From positions 11,594,001-11,658,000 of the forward strand of contig NW_024704750.1 of the NCBI RefSeq assembly GCF_018977255.1: a stretch of 64,000 nucleotides of DNA, given 5' to 3'. The notes beneath the pieces are model-generated. The model worked only from the letters and a program-made list of their open reading frames with translations, was not told the origin of the DNA and made no database searches. Source of the stretch: Callorhinchus milii (taxonomy: Eukaryota). Made by a program: the position numbers and the translations under genes. Shown here piece after piece: positions 38,480-51,151 of this stretch. The first letter of the stretch is position 1. Each line of letters opens with the position of its first letter.

Positions 38480-38745
38480 GATCATAAGATTGCAAGAGAG
38501 GTTTGGATGAAGGAGTGCCCTTTGGCCAATTTCATCTCAACCTTCCAGAATATCCACTGCTCTCAATAAGTACATTGACAAAATAACAATTTCAGGAAAG
38601 ACTAAACCATCGATTCAAATAACTACTCATCACATTCACAGCATCAAGCTGTTTTTTTAAATGAGCCCAGCATTTTAATCTCAACCACCCTTCATGGTAA
38701 CCTCTTCAGGCCATTAATTGTCTTTGGATAAAGAAATACTTCTTG
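38480..38745 (-). mobile_element. Degenerate CR1-like 3' end
   Basis: ATCATAAGA...TTTGGCCAATT...TCAACCACCCTTCATGGTAACCTCTTC...AAAGAAATACTT resembles the reverse complement of a CR1 ORF2 end and 3'UTR. Confidence 0.4.
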
Positions 38746-38762
38746 GGATTGTCTGACCTGAA

Positions 38763-38850
38763 ATGAGTATAAGGAGAGAACCTGGGATAGAGCCTTGAGG
38801 TACACCGCAGATGACCATGCAAGGGCAGGAGGCAGAACCATTGGAGGAAT
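38763..38850 (-). mobile_element. L2 RT fragment
   Basis: Minus strand translates SNGSASCPCMVICGVPQGSIPGSLL, matching [25 protein letters not shown] in the young L2 at 47.7 kb. Confidence 0.7.
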
Positions 38851-41800
38851 CAAAGTGGAAGCAATTCTGCAATATAAATGTTTTATTATTATGCTAATTT
38901 GTAATTAAAATTAAAATCAGAATTGACATAAGGAAAATGCTTGCTGCCTTTAATAGTGGTTGTAATTATCCAAGTGTATCTGATACCTAGAGTATGAAAT
39001 ATCAATCTATAATATGGTAATGTCATTCTTTAGATCCAAATGAATACTATAATTCTTCATCCTCTTCCTCCTCCCAGCATTTTTACCTTGTAAACCAGCA
39101 CAGATTCCCAGCACAGGTGTGGACTTTCCTAAAGACACAGCTAAAACGATTCAGGGTTGTTTAATTTAGAATTAGGTTTTTCAATGGAATATTGTTGGAA
39201 TTTGGATGTTTTATTCTTTCTTGAAATTATTATGTTACTGTACATATTTGCAATTTATAATTCCAGTTGTAACATAGTCAAAAGGGACACTTTAGATGTT
39301 TTTACAAGAAAATATTGATGAGTCTTGATATGTCTTTATTTAGATGTTCATGGCACAAATTTTCAAAAATATATTTTAAATAATTTAAAATTCTTGAATT
39401 ACAATTATTTATTCACAAAAAGTTGAATGCAGCGTAAAGGTTCAAAAACTTACAGATGTTTTTACATTGTTTCCCTTAACAATTTGAATATAATTTAGAT
39501 ATCAATCAGAACATCTTTTCTTTGGTCCCATGATTGTAGCTGGTACCTTACACAAGGGAAAATGGCAACTGGTTTTGCTGAGTGTTGCTTCTTGCTGTCA
39601 CTTATTTTTTATAAACAAAAAAACCCATGCAAACAAACAATGTAGATCATTTTGTCCGTGTCTGAGGTAATCAAAATGAATTTTAACCAACAATGTGTTT
39701 TAAAAATTGAAAATATGGAATGAAGGTTGGTAGGTTTTTCAGACCCTATGCTGGAAAATAAATGTTTCGATTTCACATTTTTTTTCTAAACCATTTCCAT
39801 TGACACCTTTGTCCATTTACCTAGTTGTCAAAAATTGCAGTGTTTGAATTGCTGAACCAAATAACAAATACAGTAAGACGGTACGTGTGTTTTATCTTGC
39901 ATGACATTATAGCAAAAACGAGTAAATAAAAGGAAATTGACCAAGTGGAATTAACTCACAAATATGAAACTGGATTCTGGAAAATTTGGTACAGCTTTAT
40001 ATCTATCATTCAGCTTCTGCAGCAATATCAAGCTACTGCATGAGCAAATACATCAGTTTGAGTAATTGAAAAATATCAATGGATGTACTTACATTCTAAG
40101 TCTACTAATGCAGGAACAAACATTATATAAAATTATATTTTAAAAGTTCTAAACTAACTTTTTACATATTTGCTGAAGTTTACTTTTGGACCCAAATATG
40201 TATTGTTTACAATTATTTTTCCTTTTAAATCCCTATAAATAGTCAACAAAGAAAGTATTTTGTCTATCAAGAAAAAAATATTTCTATTTCTCTAACAACA
40301 TTCATTATTAATTTAACAAGTTTGTTTTTCTTATTTCCTGTTATGCTTCCTGAACTCTTGATAATATTGCTTTGATTTGGGCATGCATAATAATTTTGTA
40401 AAAGACCTGCTGGGGAGTGGATATAGCAGCTTATTGTTCACAATGCACAGAGAGACAAAAATCATCATTAGACAAAAAGCAGATTCAGAGAGATGTTTGA
40501 AATTATCGAAAAATAATTGACTTGTTTAATAGAACAATTAGCATACTCTTGACTGTTCAAAAACTGTTTCAGGATTGCAATCAGCATTAGCTTGCAGCTG
40601 GATCTCCAAGGTCTAATAGGTGATTGAAACTTGTGAAGGGAAAGAAACAGATGATGAAATTCACAGGAGATTTTATCACGCTGTTTTCAATACCCAGTGC
40701 AACATATTAAGCCCTGTCATTGTTGTCAGTATTTCTATGATTCAAAGAAACCTATACTATAACTTCACCCTTTAATGAGCTACTGGAGAGTGGGTTTTCC
40801 ATAGAGCACCTGAAACACACAACAAAACACCTTTTATGGGAGAGCTGTGAGGGTTTGCTGCTGGCAAAATTTGTACACAGAGGTCTGTAAACCTGTACTC
40901 AGCCAGCTGGGATGCAAGGCAACAGATTCAGCCTTTGCCATAAACTTCACAGACCAATTATCTACTTGGAATCATGGGAGTTTAGCAAACAAACACAAGC
41001 CCCCGCTGAGCCATTTCAAACCAACAGCTTGAGGAGTGATTGAGCAACATCAGTGACTTTCAGACAGATCAATTCCTTATCAAGACGTAGGTTCAAATAG
41101 CTAAGTTAGCGTCCTGCTTCAATCGTTTTCTACAAAGTGGAACCTTTTTGTTGACTTGCCACTTTCAAAATGTTTACTGCTTGTTAATTTATATTCACCC
41201 TTTAACTTTGCCTGCCAATCAACAACACTTAATAATTTAGTTGCAGGCTGCCCACAGTAGATGCTTACTTTTGAGGCCAATTGAAGCAAAGAAAAATGGA
41301 GGCACTAGTGATTAAACATACTGTAGCAAATTCACAGCTTTAAGCTGCAATATGACATCAGTGTGATGCCTAGCCAAGTGAAGATGACCATTCAGTAAGT
41401 TTGCCTTAATGTTCAATTTAAAAATGGATAATCTAACATTAATTCAAAATGCATCTGCTATTGTTTCTATATTTAAAGAGAAAACACCACTAAACATATA
41501 ATGTCATTTCACTGATGATCTTTAAAATTGTAGAATAACTTGTTCAGATTAAAATAGAAGTACTTAAACTTTATCCTTGGATTTGATAAACTTTCCGTTA
41601 ACAGCCTCACACTAACTGGAACATTTCAGTTAATGATTCATAATCAGATTGGTGGTCCAGTGAATTAACCACTAATTGTTGACATCTAGGAATCTAGATG
41701 AAAGCCTTCTATATCTGTTGGCCATAACATCGTACTTGAAATGGGTTTGGGCAGTGTGAAACCAGTTCTCAGTAGGCATGAGCTCAGTTTTACAAAAGTG

Positions 41801-42109
41801 CCCGTAATATGGCACGAAATTATCAATCTCACTCAAAGAAACACAGGATAGCTGGTGTTGAAAAAAGGGTACAATGATACAGATGGGGGGGCAACTTCTC
41901 TGAGCTGGGTCGGAAGCATATTACTAACGCAGAGTAGACAGAGCTTTACTCTGCATTCAAATGACCTGGCAGTGTTCGATGTTGACACTATAACTTCAAA
42001 TGAGAAAGTACAGTATTCCTCTTCCAAGACCAATATCTATCACTTTGATCAACTATTCTTTAGTGCACCTGTTTAAGTGGGTTTAAACCTCTTTGAAAAT
42101 TTCTACATT

Positions 42110-42190
42110 TCATAAGAACGTAAGAACAGAAGAATTTGCCAGGCCAATGTCTATCCAGTTCGCCTTCCATCATCCTGGCAGTCGCTTGAC
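42110..42190 (-). mobile_element. CR1-like 3' tail fragment
   Basis: CATAAGAACGTAAGAAC...AGGCCAATGTCTATCCAGTTCGCC, the typical CR1 (TTCTTATG)n-type end in reverse. Confidence 0.45.
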
Positions 42191-42364
42191 AGGTCATATA
42201 TACTGTATCCCAAGATATTATTTTCCTTGTACTTCTCATCTGGCTGGCCATATAGCTCAATATTAACACCTAATATTATATTAAAAGACATATTTCCTTG
42301 CTCATTAGAGAGTTGAGTTACGGTGTATACATTTTAAGAGCTATTGTTCATATTTGTCGACTTT

Positions 42365-42434
42365 CCATGCACCATGGGACGTCCTCCCAAAGGGAAAGGC
42401 CCTATATAAATGTAAATTTGTATTGTATTGTATT
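42365..42434 (+). mobile_element. L2/SINE 3' tail fragment
   Basis: GGGACGTCCTCC...GAAAGGCCCTATATAAATGTAAATTTGTATTGTATTG, similar to the young L2 tail GGGACGTCCTCCTGACGTGAAAGGCGCTCTATAAATG. Confidence 0.65.
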
Positions 42435-44019
42435 TCAAAACAATTGAACTGAAATAAGTGTTGATAGCATTAATCCATTTCTCAGTGCATGTGAGTCCAC
42501 AGCATAGAATTCCTGATAATTTTGCTGTAAATTTTAAATGTCACTCAGTGGGCTCACCTCCGTTATTGTTAAGCACTCCAAGACACTACCCCGCCCGAAC
42601 GGCATTATAGAAATGCTAGTTGCTGTTATTGTTTCTGTCCTAGTAAAAGTGTATTTGAATATTCACAAATGTTATACCAAATTGCTGTTAAACCAGAAAG
42701 ACAATCATGAAAACAACATTGGTTACCTGATGCATTGCAAAGGCTGCAAAATACTTAATACATAGCATGATTCTACCTAAAGTGTTAATACTAAAGAATG
42801 TCTTTATTGGAATCATAACATTCCAAATAATTAAAAGATATCGAATTCCTGTGATTAGGAAAAAATGTTTCAGAGAATCTAGTTTTGGTGAATTAAAGGC
42901 CAATGTGAATTGTTGTAGCACTGTATTGCCCAATCAAAAACAATGGAGCATGACTAGATGTGAGTTTTAAACTACACCAGATCAATCCCATAGCCAGTAA
43001 ATGGATATTATTAAACAGCATGGGGTAGTGCAAACTGGGAAGCAAAACTTGTGGTGTGCTGCCTTTGAATAAGCCTTGCTTGTGTGCTATGGCAGAGCAA
43101 TTGTCAACATGCTTTTTCATGCCAATCTGCAGCTTTTTTTCAATACTGGCTGCCATGGTAACTGGAGCTTAACAAACTAAGCGTCTAACAAGCCTCCCTG
43201 ATGGAGTTATCTATTTCTATGATTGTCTTCTCTCACAGATAAAATAGACTGAATCCCCTTGAGCACTTTATGCAAGATGATCATTATTTGATGGTCAATT
43301 GGAAACCCGTTTACTACAATTCTTGTGACAGTTTTGGATTTCTAATTATTATATCATCTACAATATAATGTCACTTAATGGTTGCATAATTTAGTTTGCA
43401 TTCCTTTTTTAATAATATAGCCCATGAGGTGCAATGTTTAATCTTGAAAATTAGTGATAATGTAAATAGGTTAAATTGATCGACAGTTATTGTGTTAAAA
43501 GGCTTTAACATTTTCATAGTTTTGTTAACATATCAATGGATTCTAATCTGTAGTAATCCCTAATGGGATTCCTTAATAAGTAATGATGAGTTGTGCAAGT
43601 GGGGACTCCATTTGGAGACTAGTACATCAAACCAACCTCTGGAAACTCCACTCTTATAAACTTCACTTCTAGAATGGATTTCTAGGCTCAACTCTCTTTA
43701 AATGCCATAATATCTTAAAAAAGTGACTGAATTGATGTGATTCTGTTTGCTGCTGCCATGTAACTGTAATCCTTTGTGTAAACAAAAGCTCTACTGCCAT
43801 CATAAAATGTAAAATTTTAAATATTTAAATTGCTGTTAATGGATCATTGAAATATTTGTAACTCAGACACTTTCACTGTGTTCCAGATCACCTGCAGTCC
43901 ATTTTTCAAGTATTGTTCAAATGGGGGCAAATGATCTCAACTCATTATCATGTCTGTCACAGAAGCAAACCCAATACACCTACAAATGTTATGCAAACTG
44001 GTTCTTTGATCGCCCTTCC

Positions 44020-44310
44020 CTTTTTGATGAGACGTTAAACCAAGGTACTGTCTGCTTGTTCAGATGGACATTAAATATCCCATGGTACCATTCGAAAAGG
44101 GAATGATTTTCATGCGGTGTCCTGACTGACAATCCCTCAAATACAATTTGTCACGCACTTTATGGCTGTTTATGGGACATTGCTGTGCGCAAACTGCTGC
44201 CACATTTCATCCACAGTCACTCCACTTTACAGCGTATCCTGTGAAGCGCTTTGAGATGTCTCAATGACGTGATAAGGCACTGTATCAAATGCAAGGATTA
44301 TTATTATTAA
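44020..44310 (+). mobile_element. DeuSINE with complete Deu domain and L2-type tail
   Basis: GATGAGACGTTAAACCAAGG...CAGATGGACATTAAATATCCCATGG...GGTGTCCTG...GGGACATTGCTGTGCGCAAA...GTGAAGCGCTTTGAGATGTC...CAAATGCAAGGATTATTATT; resembles the Deu domain of AmnSINE1/SacSINE1 as I recall it. Confidence 0.85.
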
Positions 44311-44444
44311 CTGTTTGCAGTGAGCATACGTTTGCACAATTATTTATACATTCATAAAAATGGTTTGTGTTACTCTAAACTTATACCTGAGTAGATATTC
44401 TCCACTGCAATATTGTTGATTCCAAACATTTTTCATTGGTAAAC

Positions 44445-44525
44445 AGATTATGGGGATACATGTTAGAGGTGTTTAAAAGTTTGAGAGGGATAGAAGTGAT
44501 AGATGTAACCAAATTATTTGTTGTA
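44445..44525 (+). mobile_element. CR1 ORF2 C-terminal fragment
   Basis: RLWGYMLEVFKSLRGIEVIDVTKLF resembles the CR1 RLRGDLIEVFKILxGxDxVD motif. Confidence 0.65.
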
Positions 44526-46129
44526 GATCAAATGGCTGAAGTTCCGTTCGGGGTTATGTATTACACCTTTGGCGATGATCGACAGGTTATGGAATTTCCC
44601 CAAATGAGCTCGGGAGAATGCCAACCGGAATTTCAGCCTGATTGAGAGCGGAACAAGATGATCAAAATCTTAAGCAGATTGGAAGGTTTTTTTTCTGTAA
44701 AGAAATAGATAGCTTGAACAGATTCCCAACAAAAGCACTTGCTTAAAAATATCTGGATAAGTGTCTTCTTGAGAACAATATTGAAGGATGTTAGGTGTTA
44801 GATGGAGAATGAGATGAAAAAATACTTCATGGAACACAATGTTGCTCTTGTGTGCTTGCAGGGAACAAATTGTACTTTGCAGTATACTGCCTATATCAAA
44901 TTTTAAGAAGCTCCATGTGAATATGTTTAGCACACTTTGACAATGTGTACGGATAATGGGATTTCCAATTATCAGCGCACATTGTAAGAGTACATTAATC
45001 TTACCAACAGAGCATTACCCTCTTAACTTGATACAGTCAGATTTTTAACTAGAAACAATATGGAAAGTCTAATGTGTGCAATTGTCCTATAACCAGTTTT
45101 TAATCATACTTGAGCTGTAAATAGGAGGGGTAATAACATCCAATTACTGTCTAAGTATTACCATAAGATTTAGCGATGTTTGATTTTTGCTGCTGGCAGT
45201 CAGTTAAGCCATCCAATTGAATTTTAGGTATAACCATGTAAAGAAGTTATGTTGACAACATAAATTAATCTCTTGATAACTGAGCAGATTAAATTCCACA
45301 AACTTTATTAGGAAAAATAATACCCAAATAATGTATAAAGTGTTGGAAAAATGCCTCAAATAGCCAGTAGGATCTTTTAGCATAAGAAAGCAATGATGCT
45401 CTGCTTGGGGGAGGGGAGGGAGAGCAGTTTCTGGTGAAGTTTCTGGTGAAGTTTCTGAATCCTATGTTGTTCACACAAATCATGCAATGTAACATTTACT
45501 GATTTTTCTTTCAATGTATTTTGCACTGATTTCCGATGGCAGGCAGACTGGAGGAGGGTAGTTACCCTGAAATTCTTAAGATTTTTGATGGGAAAATGTT
45601 GACATAAAATAAGGCTAGAGACAAGGTGTGCTGTCACATCAGTGTTTTGAGCTGCAGGGCGGTAAGATTCAGATTTGTGTCTGATATTTTACTAGATTTT
45701 AGCAGATCTTTTCAATAATGGGATCACAGTTTACAATACTTTCTACAAACTTAATGATAGTCTCCGCTGTTCCTGTATCCAGGTTATAAATATAAAGGGT
45801 GAAAAACTGGGCTACTTCACTGATCCCTGGACAACATCATTTGTCACAAGCCACCAATGGGAGAAACTTGTAGCCGTTGGAAAGTTGATCAATGCTATCC
45901 AAGCTTATTTCACATAAGACCCTTCCTGTCATCAGTACCTAAATGTTCATGCAATTAGTCAGGTCTGGATTCAAAATAAGATCTAAGAAATGGAAAAGCA
46001 ATATCTGTGGTCTGTATCATCTCCAGCTTAATTCAGTCCGCACTTGTCATTCACACACAAACATTCAAATCTGACGTGGAAATGCGACCCTCTTGAAAGG
46101 CGCTACAAAAATGCAAGTTGTTATTGTTG

Positions 46130-46295
46130 AAACTCCAGCTGATATTTCAAACTCTGGTTGAGGATAGGAAGGCAAAGAACTGCACTTCTACTGATGCTGG
46201 GGCTGAGATTGGCCAATTCAGGAAGACTAGAGATTGAGTCTGGATTTTTCCAAATATGTATGGCTCAAATAATTACTGAATAAGTGACGGAGCCA
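46130..46295 (-). mobile_element. Old tRNA-derived SINE, second family (fragment)
   Basis: GCTGAGATTGGCCAATTCAG..AGACTAGAGATTGAGTCTGG...TGTATGGCTCA is similar to the 61.1-61.4-kb element. Confidence 0.5.
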
Positions 46296-47289
46296 AAATC
46301 GGAGCTCTTGATCCATACGTTTTAGATTTTCCAATTCACAGGATTGTTCTATTCTTGACAATGAGTGGAATAGTGAGATGCAATTGATTTTGAAGATTTT
46401 TTTTATTTTTCACACATAAACAGATTTAATAAATAATTTACTTTTTATAATCAAGTATCAGCATGTAACTCAAATGGAAGGGACAAAATATTTGAATGTT
46501 TTAAATGTTTGAAGTAATGTTAGGCTGTACTACAACTATCTTATGAATATTAGGACAATAGCAATTTTGAAAGAACTGGAACACTGTCAATGCAAGATGG
46601 GTACACGTTGTGCTGTAGATTTTCAAAGTGCTCTGAAATCATTCATGATTGATGGGTGAATATAAGTTCTTCAGGGTTTAGCTATTGAAAGTCGATTCCT
46701 TGTTCCATAGGTCTGAATAGAACTGGTATTTTGCACCTATATTAGTGAAAAGTATTGCTTTGTGGAATGAAGATGGTGCGACAACAGTCAGAGCCAATGC
46801 AAATCGTAACCTTTTCTTTCCAAGAAAAGTATAAACTGCATTATGTGGCATAAGTAGTGTTTTTAAACAGCAACCAAAACATCAAAAAATGAGATTTGTT
46901 TTGGGAATCTTTGGAACAGGTGCCCCAGAAACATAATTTTCTTACAGGAATTCCAGGAGTTATATACGGCTGATAGTGAATATCCTGTTAACATACTGCA
47001 GCAAGAAAGTGAGGTTGCCTGATGCTGATAATATGGTCTGTGAATAGTTATCTGATGATTGCTATAAGTGAATGATGAAATATTTCATTGGTTGCAAGTA
47101 ACAAACTAGATGATGCAGTAAATAACAATTAACTAAGTTTACACTGTGTTTAAAGTTCTTCTCTGTCAAATTGAGCTAAATATCGCATCGTTTTTGTGCT
47201 GTGGACTATGGATACAAAACTAGATTCCAGTAAAAAAGTGGAATCCATGTTTACGAATATTCTGGAATTGGTACCAAATAAATGATAGA

Positions 47290-47420
47290 CTTGCTTGACG
47301 AGGTCTCATCTGCTGGATCAGATGAATGTTAGAGATCGCATGCCACTATTCAAAAATAGGAACTCTCTTTTGTCAGTGGTATAATTTATCATATTTGTCT
47401 GCCCATTGTGCTGTTTTTTG
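47290..47420 (+). mobile_element. Degenerate Deu-domain SINE remnant
   Basis: GAGGTCTCATCTGC..TCAGATGAATGTTAGAGATCGCATGCCACTATTCAAAA aligns by eye to the 5' Deu domain at 44040-44100. Confidence 0.55.
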
Positions 47421-47525
47421 GGCAAATGTATCCAAATCACTTTGCAACATGAACCTGGGGATTTTGACTTTACTTTCAAGATAAACATTTAAGTAGTGAT
47501 GATCTGATAAGTGGTGATGTTGATT

Positions 47526-47653
47526 ACAACAACAACAACAACAATTTGCATTTATATAGCAGCCTTTACGCAGAGTAGCACCCCGGAGCGCTTGACAGTG
47601 GTGGAGTCTGACACCGAACCAGGGGGAGAGGGAGGGGGAAGGTGACTGTAAGC
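47526..47653 (-). mobile_element. Older L2 3' end (left part, split by a younger L2)
   Basis: (ACA)n tail then TTTGCATTTATATAGC...GAGCGCTTGACAGT...GGAAGGTGAC; continues at 48858. Confidence 0.8.
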
Positions 47654-48860
47654 CTGTAAGTCTTCACTTCGTCTCAACGAATGGCTTCTCCTCCACCCCC
47701 CGTACTGTCTCATGTGGTGTCCCTCAGGGCTCTGTCCTCGGTCCCCTCCTCTTCACCCTCTATATGCTCCCCCTTGGTGACATCATCCGCAAACATGGGG
47801 TTAACTTCCACATGTATGCGGATGACACCCAACTCTACCTTTCCTCCTCTACTCTCAACTCCACGACCACCGATGTCCTGACAGCCTGCCTGTCCGACAT
47901 CGAGTCCTGGACGAGAGACAACTTTCTTCAGCTCAACGTGCGAAAAACCGAGGCCCTCCTGATTGGCTCACGTCAGCGCCTCCGCACCTCAGGCGCTGAC
48001 ACCATCAGCATCCAAGGCTGCACTCTCCACCTCTCAAAGCCAGTCAGGAACCTCGGCGTTTTGTTCGACCCTGAGCTGTCCTTTCTCCCTCACATCCGCA
48101 CCACAACTGGCACCGCCTTCCATCACCTCCGGAATATCGCCAGATTACGGCACTACCTCACCCCTCACGCCGCTGAAACCCTGGTTCACGCCTTTGTCAC
48201 CTCAAGGCTGGACTATGGGAACTCTCTCCTCACCGGCCTTCCCGCCACCTCCCTCCACAAGCTGCAGGTCATTCAGAACTCTGCAGCTCGTGTACTGTCC
48301 CGCACCAGGCTTCGCGATCACATCACTCCCACCCTCGCTCGCCTCCACTGGCTCCCCATCCCCCAGAGGATTGATTTCAAGATCCTCATCCTCACCTACA
48401 AGGCCATTCACGGCCTTGCTCCCTCCTACCTCTCCAACCTACTATCCCCCTACCTACCTGCCCGTACCCTCCGTTCCTCTGGCTCCGGTCTGCTCCACGT
48501 CCCCCGCCCCAACCGCCCTACCATCGGTGGTCGGGCCTTCAGCCTCTCAGCCCCCAGGCTTTGGAACTCCATCCCCCAGTGCCTTCGCCTTGCTTCCTCC
48601 CTTTCCTCCTTCAAGGCCGGTCTCAAAACCTTTCTCTTTGACCGTGCCTTCAGCTCCCCTCTCGACTCTCTTCCTCCTCCTCGCTCCCTCCCTTCCCTCC
48701 CCTCACCCTGACCATTTCCCCCCTCCTCTCTCCCTCCCTTCCCTCCCCTCACCCTGACCATTTCCCCCCTGCTCGGGTCATGACCCAACTGTGCAGCGCC
48801 TTGGGACGTCCTCCTGACGTGAAAGGCGCTCTATAAATGGAATCTTGTTGTTGTTGTTGT
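47654..48860 (+). mobile_element. Young 5'-truncated LINE-2 (L2): RT C-terminal half, 3'UTR and (TTG)n tail
   Basis: Open frame ~47660-48711: [87 protein letters not shown] at 47647-47653 and 48858-48864. Confidence 0.95.
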
Positions 48861-49235
48861 AAGCACGATCAAAGAGGAAGGTCTTTTGAAAGTTGGGAGG
48901 GAGGGGGCAAGGAGGAGGGATTGAGGGAGAGAGTTCCAGAGTTTCGGGGCATAGCAGTTGAAGGCACTCGATTCGATGGTGGAGCGGAGGGGATGAGGGA
49001 CAAACAGGAGGCCGGAGCCAGCCGAGCAGAGGCAGCAGGTGATGGAGTGGGGGGTAAGCAGGTTGGATAGGGTAGGGAAGTGTGAAGGTATGAAGGGATT
49101 TGAAAACGAGTGAGAGGATCTTGAAATCAATGGGTTCGGTAATTGGGAGCAAGTGGAGCCTGGCAAGGACTGGTGTGAATGGGAGGTGGGGGTACGGAGT
49201 TTTGTGTGGGTGAGTATCCGGGTGGCAGAGTTTTT
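48858..49235 (-). mobile_element. Older L2 3' region (right part)
   Basis: Minus-strand translations EPIDFKILSLVFKSLH and SAFNCYAPKLWNSLP with frameshifts. Confidence 0.85.
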
Positions 49236-50240
49236 AATTAATTGAATTAAATTGAATTACTTGAGCATGGAGATATACACAGGACTATATATCGAACGCG
49301 GTACCCAGGCTTTTAGCTAAGGACTGTTGTAAATGGAGAGAATTTTTTTTAACTAGTAACAGCAATGCTGTGAATAATACAATTCTGTATTAGCTGTTAA
49401 ATTAAGCCTATTTGTGATAAAACAAGTCATCTTACACAACCCATAGAGATCCTAATCTACATAAGAGTTCCAGGGATGATTATGGGAATCATAATCCTTT
49501 TGCCATTTGAAATACTTTCAAGATGCTTCTAGCATTATAATGCCCATAATTAAACACATCCACTTACCCCTCTACAGTAAGAAATTACACTCTCTCTAAA
49601 AGAGCTTATAATTTCTCTACAAAGCATGCCATGTAGAGCACAGAGACTGCACATGGGTTTGGTTTGGCTGTCCTCAAGTGGAAATAGCAGTATCAATTCT
49701 ATGTCTATTCCTCCTTCAACGCAATCCCACACATGCCAGCTGATGCCATGTGCATCAAACAAATGATCAAATCATATTGCAAGCTGCAGATATCTGTATG
49801 TTTATTAAATTGTTTATAGTTCTATTTTCACTCCAGTAAATGGCAGACCAAATCCTGCACTGATTTTTCATTCCACCACACACCATGCTGCTAAGTGCAT
49901 GCAGCTCTTTCACAACATTTTCAGGATTCTGCCCGTAACTTACATTAATGGAATAATAATGCTGGTACTGTTCAAGAACCACATCATAAAATTGCAGGAA
50001 ACCATATTCATTTTCTTCTACCCATTTCAAATATAATACTGAATATTTATGAAACATTAAATCATCGACTGAAAACTAATATAAACATATAGTAGTCCCC
50101 ATACTACAATATTATGCAGGGTTTCATCTTAAGTATAATTTCAGAAATTTTAATTTTCAAATGCACAACATGGAAACGTAAGGGCACTTGAGTAAAAATA
50201 AACAGGCACATCATTTCCAAGCAATCATTTAACCTGAATT

Positions 50241-51151
50241 AACCTGTCCGACATCGAGTCCTGGACAAGAGACAACTTTCTTCAGCTCAACGTGCGAAAA
50301 ACCGAGGCCCTCCTGATTGGCTCACGTCAGCGCCTCCGCACCTCAGGTGCCGACACCATCACCATCCAAGGCTGCACTCTCCACCTCTCAAAGCCAGTCA
50401 GGAACCTCGGCGTTTTGTTCGACCCTGAGCTGTCCTTTCTCCCTCACATCCGCACCACAACTGGCACCGCCTTCCATCACCTCCGGAACATCGCCAGACT
50501 ACGCCATTACCTCACCCCTCACGCTGCTGAAACCCTGGTCCACGCCTTTGTCACCTCGAGGCTGGACTATGGGAACTCTCTCCTCGCCGGCCTTCCCGCC
50601 ACCTCCCTCCACAAGCTGCAGGTCATTCAGAACTCTGCAGCTCGTGTACTGTCCCACACCAGGCTTCGGGACCACATCACTCCCACCCTCGCTCGCCTCC
50701 ACTGGCTCCCCATCCCCCAGAGGATTGATTTCAAGATCCTCATCCTCACCTACAAGGCCATTCACGGCCTTGCTCCCTCCTACCTCTCCAACCTACTATC
50801 CCCCTACCTACCTGCCCGTACCCTCCGTTCCTCCGGCTCCGGTCTGCTCCACGTCCCCTGCCCCAACCGCCCTACCATCGGTGGTCGGGCCTTCAGCCTC
50901 TCAGCCCTCAGTGCCTTCGCCTTGCTTCCTCCCTCTCCTCCTTCAAGGCCGGTCTCAAAACCTTTCTCTTTGACCGAGCCTTCAGCTCCCCTCTCGACTC
51001 TCTTCCCCCTCCTCGCTCCCTCCCTTCCCTCCCCTCACCCTGACCATTTCCTCCCTGCTCGGGTCATGACCCAACTGTGCAGCGCCTTGGGACGTCCTCC
51101 TGTCGTGAAAGGCGCTTTATAAATGGAATCTTGTTGTTGTTGTTGTTGTTG
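50241..51151 (+). mobile_element. Second young 5'-truncated L2 of the same subfamily
   Basis: Near-identical to 47889-48860; carries a 22-nt frameshifting deletion near 50905; (TTG)n tail; TSD TGAATT at 50235-50240 and 51150-51155. Confidence 0.95.

Noticed and set aside
45426-45457. Short tandem repeat (GTTTCTGGTGAA) x2.5 and similar micro-duplications at 2413, 13626 and 58899
   Set aside because: Ordinary slippage duplications with no spacers or array structure; not CRISPR-like.
47764-48711. 315-aa ORF as a host gene
   Set aside because: 5'-truncated L2 ORF2 lacking the endonuclease and N-terminal RT, with a TSD and a repeat tail.
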